Source of the DNA: Chrysomallon squamiferum
Lineage: Eukaryota; Animalia; Mollusca
Direction of reading: 5' to 3'
Assembly: GCA_012295275.1 (NCBI GenBank)
Contig: CM022670.1
Coordinates: 8,122,001 to 8,186,000, forward strand
DNA: 64,000 bases
In this document: positions 14,118 through 24,260 of the stretch, one piece after another
How the letters are laid out: each line of letters starts with the position of its first letter
Position numbering within the stretch: position 1 is the first letter of the stretch
Position numbers and translations under genes: made by a program
The notes under the pieces: model-generated
What the model was told of the DNA's origin: nothing
Database searches by the model: none
What the model saw: only the letters and a program-made list of their open reading frames with translations

Positions 14118-16664
14118 TCAAACATTTGTTTCTGTAATATGATTATCTGAATATTTTATACCATTAGTTGTAATGACCAGATCTGGGTTCTTTTCTTGAG
14201 CTGTTTCCTCTCTGTCTATTTGCACTGTTTCTGAAATTATTTCACACTCATTCCCACTGCTGTCATCTTGTGCTGGAACCATGATGCACAAATTCTCATG
14301 ACTTGAATTTTCGGAGCTTGTTGCTGTGAGGTATTCCGAATCACTGCCAAGAGTTGACAATGGCTGATCATCATCATCAGTAATAATCAATTCAAAAATC
14401 TTTGACTCTGCTTTCATGCATTCTGTGTCAATTACATTTTTGCAGTTGTCCAAGTTCATGGCTTCAAGCAGCTTCAGGACATGTTGTTGTTGAAGTTTGT
14501 ATTTCTCATGCATACGGCCAAGCTGCAGGGAACTATAGTCACGAATCCTTAATAGTTGGTTGCTGTATAACTCACGAATCTGCTCAATCTGGTGGGCACT
14601 GTACTGCCTCAGCCTTCCAACCTGGGTGGCATAGTTGTCTTTGATTCTATCCACTTTGTCAGAACATCCTTTGCGAACTCGTTTCATCTGCAAAGAGTAG
14701 TTCTCTCTTATTCTTCCAAACTGCAGATGGTATTGGTCCCTTATTCGACCAAGCTGATTGCTGTAACTGTCACGTAGCCGTGAAAATTGGGTATTTTTGT
14801 AAGCATCCAAATTTTCCAGCAACTTCCTTATTGCATCCCTTCGGCGCTTGTTAATGAGGCGTTGTGCTCCAGCCATGATTGTAAGGTATAACATAGTCAA
14901 GAGAAAGAAAGCAGTTGCAGCAGAAAAGCCAACAATTAAGCTCATAATTTTAATCTGAAATATATAACTTACAAGTTTCACTGTGATAGTTACTGATGTA
15001 TTGTAGTGGCTGTTCTGCACCAAACATTTGTATGGACCTGTGTCGGTGCGTAAAACGTAATCAATGTAAAGTGACCCATCAGACAGTAAAACTATATGAT
15101 CTGGCATTTGCTGAACGTCTGGGTAGTATCCACTGTTATTGTGCCATTCATGGTGTTTGTGAAAACTGTTCTGCAGGTTTGTTATTTTTGTACTTAGCAA
15201 ATGGGATGCTGCTAGTGGGTGAAACGGATGGTAGCTGAATATCTTGTTTCGTGGAGTTTTCCACACCACCATGGTTGTTGGTTCAGAAACAAACTCACAG
15301 ACAAGTCTGCCTGGAGAACCGATTTTCAGTATCACTTCCAACTCACTTACATTGTTTTGAACTAGCTGAGGACAGAGCTCAGAGCCAGATACTGAACTGA
15401 TTGGAATGGTCACAGATTCACTGGCAACACACTCCAAAACCTTGCTTCCAAATACTGAAATGTTGACAAGGTTTGACCCTGCCAGCCAAGCATTGCCACA
15501 GGAACACTGAAAGACATTGGCTTCCAAAGAAACCTGCTGAAGGTGATGATTGTGGAGGAATGTGAGTTCTGACAGCATAGAAATGTTGTTGTGACTGAGA
15601 TCAAGAATCGTAAGTTGAGTCAGGTCTTTGAAAAGATCTGGATGTATAAAAGAAAGGTTTGCGTTGTGGCTGAGGTCAAATGTCAACAGGTTTGATAATC
15701 CTTGGAAAGCACAAAAGGCAATAGTGATGAGTGAAGGCATGTGACTGAAATAGAGCTCCTGCAAGTTGCCAAATTCTGTGAATAATGGAATGCTGACTGT
15801 TTGGAAGGAGTTGCCACTCAAATTTAGAATACGAAGATTTTCACTGTTGGCCATGAACTGAGGGTCCATTAAGCTGATATGGTTGTTATCCATTGAGAGA
15901 CTGGTAAGATTTGGCAGTCCAGAGAGAACATCTTTATCAAGGCTTGTTAAGTAATTTCCTGACAGGTCAAGTTCCATAAGATTATTCAAATCCATGAATG
16001 ATCCTGAATCAATGGTATGGATCTTGTTGTTTTCTAAATGTAGATATTTTAGAGAATACAGCCCTCTAAACATGTTAACAGAAATCACAGTTATATCATT
16101 GTAGCTCAAGTCAAGAATTTGCAGATTGTCCATGAATTGAAATGCTTTATTTGAAACATTGCTGATCCAATTTCTGCTGAAATTCAGCAACCTAGCTGAT
16201 TGTAATCCAAGTAGAATATCACTTTCGATGCACTTAATTCCATTAGCAGAAAGATTAACCTCATCAACACTTATCAGATCACTAAATGCTTTAGGTTGGA
16301 TGGTAGAAATCACATTGTAGCTTATATCGAGTGTTTTCAAATTGTGTAAGTTATCAAAGACACTGGCATTCAAAGAGGCAAGGTGATTAAAGCTTAAATT
16401 GAGGAGTTTCAGCTCAGTTAGGTTGCTAAGGCATTCATTAAGTGATTGAATCCCATTGTCGTGTAGATCTAGGGTAGAGGCTGACAGAGGTATATGAACT
16501 GGTACAGAGATGAGATTTTTCTGAAAACAGTAGACAGCAAGACCAGATGTTTGTGTAGTGTTGGTACAGGTGCACTCTGTGGGACATGACCTGACAAGTG
16601 TGAGCAGGGGCCAGAAGACAAGAAAGATCAATACTGATGATGGCCATGATGTGGCATTACCCAT
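14118..16664 (-). CDS. LRR-Ig type I transmembrane protein, LRRN/NLRR-like, 848 aa, intronless CDS, nested in a GLYR1 intron
   Basis: Signal peptide; LRRNT (CPTECTC..VYC); about 13-14 LRRs including the LRRN-like 'SHMPSL..I...AF' and 'NLSFIHP' repeats; LRRCT (FQCSC..WL); Ig domain (C..W..DTGPYKC); TM segment about 14865..14948; cytoplasmic repeats; ends ETNV. Confidence 0.93.
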   Translation of the reverse strand: MGNATSWPSSVLIFLVFWPLLTLVRSCPTECTCTNTTQTSGLAVYCFQKNLISVPVHIPLSASTLDLHDNGIQSLNECLSNLTELKLLNLSFNHLASLNASVFDNLHNLKTLDISYNVISTIQPKAFSDLISVDEVNLSANGIKCIESDILLGLQSARLLNFSRNWISNVSNKAFQFMDNLQILDLSYNDITVISVNMFRGLYSLKYLHLENNKIHTIDSGSFMDLNNLMELDLSGNYLTSLDKDVLSGLPNLTSLSMDNNHISLMDPQFMANSENLRILNLSGNSFQTVSIPLFTEFGNLQELYFSHMPSLITIAFCAFQGLSNLLTFDLSHNANLSFIHPDLFKDLTQLTILDLSHNNISMLSELTFLHNHHLQQVSLEANVFQCSCGNAWLAGSNLVNISVFGSKVLECVASESVTIPISSVSGSELCPQLVQNNVSELEVILKIGSPGRLVCEFVSEPTTMVVWKTPRNKIFSYHPFHPLAASHLLSTKITNLQNSFHKHHEWHNNSGYYPDVQQMPDHIVLLSDGSLYIDYVLRTDTGPYKCLVQNSHYNTSVTITVKLVSYIFQIKIMSLIVGFSAATAFFLLTMLYLTIMAGAQRLINKRRRDAIRKLLENLDAYKNTQFSRLRDSYSNQLGRIRDQYHLQFGRIRENYSLQMKRVRKGCSDKVDRIKDNYATQVGRLRQYSAHQIEQIRELYSNQLLRIRDYSSLQLGRMHEKYKLQQQHVLKLLEAMNLDNCKNVIDTECMKAESKIFELIITDDDDQPLSTLGSDSEYLTATSSENSSHENLCIMVPAQDDSSGNECEIISETVQIDREETAQEKNPDLVITTNGIKYSDNHITETNV

Positions 16665-19600
16665 TCCTCTACCACTTCAGCTCCAATGTCACAAGATCTT
16701 CATGGAATTAATGGCGTTTTCACCTGTCATAAATAAATATTGAATATTAGTGCAGAAACAGACAAATCATAACACTGAATTTCATATAACATAGGTAATT
16801 CCAAACTAGCACTAAATAAGTAGTCTGATCAGCTTAATTGAATAGGTATATAGATTATCAGTATGGCTATCAGTACACTATATATATTTGTCTGCCTATT
16901 ATCTAGCTATCTGCTTCTCACCTATCTTTCTACATGTTCTTGCCAGACCAAATCAGCTGTATGTGTGAACTGTATACACTGACAGGTACTAACAGAATTT
17001 GATGCACCTTGAAGCAATTTGTGTGGTTGGTTAAACAGATTAGTCTTACCATAATTCGAGTTTCAGTTACAGTAATTTGGTAAAAGAATCAAGAACAATG
17101 TCTGTTGATTAGCACACCACTAACATTTGTACTGATAAATACCCTTGTTTCTAATGTATTAACTTATGTATTAAACAATGTAAATATGTATTTATTTACA
17201 GTAGGAAGAAAACTTCAGAAGTGGTATTTCCAATACAGGACATTTATAAAATAGTGGAATTTGAGTACTAATCAATAGAGCTGCTGGTCTGAAAACAGTT
17301 AAACACTTTATATACTGAGATGGCTATCAGACAGCTGTAGATTATGTTTCACAGTTCTTAATTCTTTTATGCCCAAGTCTGGGAATTGAGGTTCATGTCC
17401 TAATACTGTTGGATCAGATATGGTCTTACAGTATGTACCATCAGTGTAAAAATAACATTGATAATGTTATATTAACAAAAAGAAAATAATGTACAAATTA
17501 CTACAATTAACAAAGAAGAATGTGTTTGTAATGCAAATAATTTTTGTGTATAATGATAAGTGAAATACTTGTTAAATAATTGTCTTTGTGGCCTTGTAGA
17601 CATTAGACAATAGGTTAAAGCTTACTTACAATTCCATATGTTTTCAAACTAAGTACTAACTGAATGCATATATCTGACCTACTTTCTACTTCACTGCTTT
17701 TTTCTTCTTTTTTTTTTTTTTTGACCTTTGTCTTATTGCTCTATGCTGTATAGTTATTCAACATCAGGTTTATATATATACACTAATAATAAAAGAATTA
17801 ACAACTATGAATATCAAATGTATGAAATGTTATTTTTGATAATACATTATTTATTTATTTCTGTTATTTTATAAATTATTTAGTTTTAACATAAAAAATT
17901 AAAACTGATGGTTTTGTGTAACATAAAGCTTAAAAGGTAATCTTCACAATAATTTTATTATATTAAAATTTATAAAAATAAGAAAAAGAGCAACATTTAT
18001 ACTGTATCTAGAATATCTGCCAATAGAATAGACATAAAATAATAAAAGCATATCAGAAAAATTATTTAAAAAAATATACATTTCACTATAAATATGGCTG
18101 AAACTAGGAGTGATTTGTTTTTGGTTTGATGAATTCAAAAATGTGTCTGTGTGTGTGTTTGTGCATTTGCGTGTGCTTTGATTCATCTTTTTTTGGATTG
18201 TTATTTTTGCTTATATTGGAGGAGTATTTCCATTTTCCATTACATAGTTATAATTAGATTAAAGAAAGGGTTGCTATGGTCACACAAGTTTTACTACACA
18301 TTTACAAATAAAAGTTATTTCAATTTTACAAAAGCATTGCTGTCATTATAACCCAAATTATAATACATATTTTACTGTGTATGGTTAAGAATATGTAAAT
18401 TATTTAATGCTGCTGGTTCATATGGGTAGAAGGAAGTCTATTCTTTCTTATCATATACATATATGATACAAAAGATATTATACGTGTGTATTTGTGTTAA
18501 ATAGATATTTATTCAAAACTGGAGTTGGTTTTTTAATAATAAAATCTCACATTTATGCTATAATAACTATTATTTCAGACAGTGTGACATTTTGCTCTTT
18601 TGATTAGAAATTAATTTGCTTGATATTGTGTTTACTTGAGTAGTTGTTAATTAGATATTGATTTATTTGTACCACCAAACAAATGTCATTCACATGAAAT
18701 AAGTTATTCAGAAATGAATTTTACTTTTGGTTTTCTTTGGATTGTTCAGATGATTATTAATAGAACATTACAAAATAATGTAAGTTTCAGTGGGATCAGT
18801 GACCCTAATGATTTCAGTGTGGTATTTTTCATTCCAACATACCATCCCTTGGTTTAATGTTTCATTTGTAAAAGAAGTATGGTTATACTGGGTTTTCATT
18901 CTCTTGCTGTCATTATAAATTTCTGTCAGTGAATAATTGTTAATATGTAAATGTGTTGAAACTTTTTTCAGTGTGACTAACCATAATCATAAGCCTGGTT
19001 TAATTTCTTAAGCTATTATCACTATATCAGTTAACAAAATCATTTTACAAATGATGATTTTTGATTTGTTCTAACTGCAAATGGTAATTACAGCATACAA
19101 AATACTGACAACAATATTAATGCAAATTACTGAATTACTGTTGGTTATTGATCAGTACGAATGTGTGCCATTAAATATCTGCTATAACTAACAGATATTG
19201 ATTAGTTTTACCTAATGTTGTGTAAGTATTTGCATATTTCAGCCACTTAGTTTTAGTATTATTGTGATAAATAAATTAATCAAGCAGTAAATAAATAACC
19301 AAACATGTAAGTAAATCAGCTATCTGATAATAAGGAAATAGAGAAGGAAAAGTAAACTAAACTAAAGAAAAAAATATCATTAAATGATTAATATTTTTTT
19401 ATCACTACTTCAACCAAGTCTATACAAATATAAAAACAACTGAAAATGACATTAAGAGAATAAGCTCAAGTCGAGTGACATTTTGAATGTCTTTTCAAAT
19501 GGCAAATGGTAAATAGTAGTAAAAATTCAATATGAAATACAGAACATACAAGGCACACTGGAAATGTACTGAGATATAAAATGAAAGATATCTGAAAGAT

Positions 19601-19782
19601 AATATTTCAAGACTTTCAGGTCCTTTTCATCCATAATTTACAAGAGTCATTAATTTTATCTTCGGTAATGAACAATTAAAAATAGGTATTATCATAATGT
19701 AAAAAATGTTGCTTAATTTGAAAGTTCTGATAAGCAGTTGAGATAGAAATTATCTGATGAATGTAAGACATTAAAAACATAC

Positions 19783-20008
19783 CCTTTAAGAGAAGTGATG
19801 AGAAGCTCTGAACAGTTTGTCTTGAGCCTTGAGGCAGTCTGTTGATGTGAGCAGTTCTAAATCTGTGAATGAGAGCCTCAGCTTGGCTGTGATTATCAAG
19901 TATGTTCTCAGAGAAAGCCAGCGGAGGATACTTGCTGGCATTGTCTAAATATTGACCCTCAGCTCTGGTTAAAGCTGGATAGTGTTTCAGTTTAGTGGTG
20001 TTTGTAGT
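19783..20008 (-). other. Possible additional 5'UTR exon of the nested LRR-Ig gene
   Basis: GC-richer block bounded on the minus strand by a pyrimidine tract plus AAG acceptor and a GTATGT donor. Confidence 0.25.
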
Positions 20009-23000
20009 CTTGTGCAAGAAAAATAAACCAGGAATAAAAACAAATAATTTTGATAGATTTATAGCAAAACTTGAAAACCAAATATTTGTTTAGTTACTGA
20101 CAAAAAAAAAAAAAAAAATGTTCTTATAGGCCTTAATCATGTTGGGAGAAAATGTAAAATTAACATATTTGCAAATAATTATTAGAAAGAAAGAAAGTTA
20201 ATATTAATAAAGAGTTTTAATTTTCATAGGGTTGTGTTAGTAATAACGTTATCAGTTGGTTTGTTGTTATTTTGGCTCTAGTTTTGTTTGTGTTATTTGA
20301 CTAATGGGATAGCAACTAGCTACAAGTAAAAAGAACTCAGTGGATTACCTGTTGAATACATCTGTGGCTTGTGCTAATATTGTTACGGTACTGTGTGTTC
20401 TATTTTCAGTGTGTGTTTTGAACTTCTCTTTGAGAAGATGCTCCACTGAAATGCCAGTCAGATGTAAATCATTTGCACACACTAAATTATTACTTAGCTA
20501 GCCTGTTGAAATATTTTTCTTCACATAGTTTATCAATATGAGCCACCATGTTGAAATAACAGGGCCCAAGTTTTTATCATAAAATTCTCTTTTTAAAATC
20601 TTAATTAGATCACTGGTAACCTCCTAAATTTGTCTTGTATTTGTTTTAAGTAAATAATAACAAGATAAAAATTTAAGAAGACAATTTCTGATGCTTCAAA
20701 CTACTGTATTATAAATTAATGTTTTTCTTTATAAACAGAAGGCAGAAAACAACCCAATAACACTAACAAGTGTGATACCTTACATTGATATTTTAGCATC
20801 GTGAAAAATATTTTAATGCACAGATACATATCTGTCATATTTTTACTGTATCATAAGTGACATTATCTGTCAGTAACAGACACACAACATACATCATATA
20901 ATCACTGGTGCTGTGATGTATATATTTTTAACAAAAAATATGTGAGGGGAGTACCATTATCTGAAAGAGGTGTTTAGCTACATTCAGTTACATCAACCAT
21001 GCATAGATCTGAATGTTATCAGCCATTTCTTGAATGCACAGTTGAAAACGTGACTGGTATCAAGCAGGTTTTGTAACCCAGGGATATTTTATTTTACCTC
21101 TCTTCACTGATTTATTATTTATTTATCCATCTCCTGATTTTTTGTGCTGCATCACATGAGTTTAACATAAAGACAAACTGGGATTTTGAAAGATTTAAAA
21201 AAATAATGAAATACTCCCACCACTGATAACATATAGACATTCACTTGTATCTCTGTTTTAGGTATTTAATTTACCTTTTGGAGTGAGATTTTAATAGACA
21301 ACCTTTATAACAGATTACTTTTTCTGATGTCTACCTGATGTTCTACTGAGTTTGACATTAAAGAAAATGATCTTGTGGTTTTACAGAATAACAGTTGCGT
21401 TACATGAAGTCTGTTGTTTGTTCTATATTTCTCTCTTCTTTTGTTACTACTCATAAAGTTATTTCTTTCATGTAAACTTTCACTTAGCAGTTTTACAGCT
21501 TGACACAAATCATTCATTTAAATATGAATTTGAAGAAATCATATGTTAATGGTTAGTCTTCATTTTGTTTTCAACAGTTTTATTATTAATTTTTAAAATC
21601 ATTTATTTTCATTTACAGGAATAATTATTTAGCAATATTAAAAGAAAAATGATAGATGTTTATTTATTTACAGAATTACTCAGTAACTAGTTATTAGCAT
21701 GGCATTTTAAAAGAATCATTTGTTGGCATGGTGTTTTTAAAAAGAATTATTTGTTCATATGTCTGCATAATAGTCGAGAGTACAGTGACAGATGAGAAGA
21801 GGAAATTGCACTAATGTCGAAGCACTTGCTGTCAACAAAATCATTTCAGTGAAGTAGATTTCCCAGAGGAGAGAGGCAATAGTAAAATCAGCCACATTGA
21901 CAAACAGATTTTGTGATGGCCTTTGTTGGCATTTCTTGGTAATACAAATTGGCAATAGCTGGACAGACTTCATGTTGGACAAAAATTGAACATAGAATTT
22001 AAATTTTGTTGAACTGGCAACACTGGTATTAGTTTTCTTGGCTGACAAAGACTAAATATTTTCCAGAAAAAAAATATACAACATTTACTTGCAATTCAAA
22101 TCAAAATTAAAAATAATATAATTATTAGTTAAAATAAAACTAGTTGTACATAATCTTTAAGAATTGAAATTCACCAACTTAAACCAATTAAGATAACTTG
22201 AATATTTGTCTTGTCTTTATTTCAGTGAGCCTTGTAATATCTGAAAATTTCAATGCTCAAAAATCTGATATTGATAATTTATAACTGAACAATAACGACT
22301 GTATCAGTTACAAAGTGTTAGGTAGATTAACAACTTTAATGTCATATCTTTATCACTTAATGTACAGTTGAGATTTTATCAGCTTCATTATGCGTTTACC
22401 AAGTGAACATAATGAAAAATCACAATCTGCATCACAGCTATTGGAATACTTTCAGCCTCTGTTTTTTATGTTTAATTGTTTTGTGTCCCATATGTAATAA
22501 AACCTATTAAAAATGATATGGCCTGATTTTCTCGTAATTTCTGTTCAATTCCCAAAGGAGTCCATTATGAAGGCTTAGCTAAATGTTTTGTTGTGCTACA
22601 CAGAAGCCATTTTCAGAGGAGGTTGCCATGGGCACATTATTTGCCGCCTTGCTTAAATCAAACAGCTTAAATTATTCACCAACTTGAGATTGGCTGAAAC
22701 ACTTACAACAGACTGAAGAGAATTTTATTATGGTGCTAAATGGATTTTCAACACAAGCCAGTACTTCAAAATTAAATTTCAAATAATAAGAAACTGTGTG
22801 TTGAGTGTGAAATGAAAAAGTAAAATGATTTAATTGAATTGTAAGTTAGAAGAAAAAAGGAAAACGTTCTGAATCAGTTGTTTAAATAGTTTTACTTTCT
22901 GTGACTTTTTTGTTACTTATAAAAAATGCATTAATTTTATTTCAAGTATCAAATGCTATCTAATTTCCTTGTCAGAGAATTACTGATGAAACGCAACCAC

Positions 23001-23840
23001 ACACCCTTTTTCAGTAACAAAAAATTTAATGACTAACATTCCCCACATGAAACGTGATTATAGTTCTTCACTGTCAGATGAAACATTTTAAAAATAATTA
23101 TGAAGTTATCTAACAAACAAAATAGCTTGTTGGTATAAAATAATTTTACACTATTATAGTACTGACCACAAAAACATGTGATGTGATTAGTTGTTTATTT
23201 GACACAAATCAAACTGAAAATGATGAAATAGGTAGAAATTAGTTTTTCAAATCATTATGGATGCTTTTAGGATAGATAAAAGTTTGATTAATAATTAATA
23301 TTTGACATGCACACAAGAGAACAAAAAAAGCTTCAACTTCTGGAAATGTTAAACTTATGTTTTGGGGTTGTTTTTTTTTTTTTTTCTTTTCCATGAATTT
23401 TTGATGGAATAATAAATAAAGTTATTTAAATTGATGTTTAAAACTGTAATCAATACCATACTCATATAATGACACAAGTTATGAATAGGATCATTATGTT
23501 ACACTGCTAATATTACAGAATCATGACTAAAATTTTAAGAAGAAAAGCTGTTCCCACACATTAACCATACAATACATACACAAACAAAAGTGCTACTGAA
23601 CAAAGAGGTAATGATGAAAAACTAAGGTGCCAATTGATTATTCAACACCTTGCCCTGACTGGAGCACATTCACCGAAACATGAACTGACCATAAAATGTC
23701 AGCTGTAGACCAGCTAACACAGCGGAGATAGGGAAAGGTGGAACTAAATATAGCTGTATGTATTATGAAGCAGCATCATTACCACACAATCAGTGACAGA
23801 AACGCACTGAGGACAGCTGCTTTCTTTCCTGTTTACTCAC

Positions 23841-23997
23841 CAGTTTTCTTTTTAAGTCCTCAAAGCTTTTTGTTCAGTCTGCAAGATGCTGTTGAGATGG
23901 TAAAAATCACATCGGTCTTTGTTGAAAAACAGTCCTGGCAAATGGATCATAAACCACCTTTCACTGCCAGCATCTTGCATTGATCCTCCATTGTACT
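23841..23997 (-). other. Candidate non-coding first exon of the nested LRR-Ig gene
   Basis: Consensus minus-strand donor CTG|GTGAGT at 23840; TCAGT initiator-like motif at 23995..23999; a matching acceptor (tttatgacag, exon starting 16723) lies just upstream of the ATG. Confidence 0.45.
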
Positions 23998-24260
23998 GAC
24001 TGGGAGAGTCCACTCTCTCCTATAGGGCACATAGCTCCTTAGTCCTCACTGGCTGACCTAGCGTGGGTCACGAATCCCAGTTAGATGACTGGCTAGCTGA
24101 TTCTGCATGACCTTTATTAGGTCATGGAGCCTGCCTAGTTGATTGGCTGGCTGACATATCTTGGTTAGTTTGGGAGAGTTGTTTTCTGCACTGAGGGATA
24201 TCAGATCACAGGTTGACCTCAAGCTTGGGTAAGCAGGTCAGCTGATCCAATCAACATAGG
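23998..24260 (-). promoter_or_regulatory. Candidate promoter of the nested LRR-Ig gene
   Basis: GC-richer island, weak TATA at 24021..24024, CCAAT boxes, clustered RGGTCA half-sites. Confidence 0.35.

Noticed and set aside
14402-16743. Short ORFs overlapping the LRR CDS in other frames or on the other strand
   Set aside because: Shadow ORFs of a real coding region.
19676-20017. 113-aa minus-strand ORF
   Set aside because: Non-ATG start and no recognisable domain; at best a UTR exon.
21755-22048. 97-aa minus-strand ORF in a slightly GC-richer block
   Set aside because: No recognisable homology or convincing splice sites.
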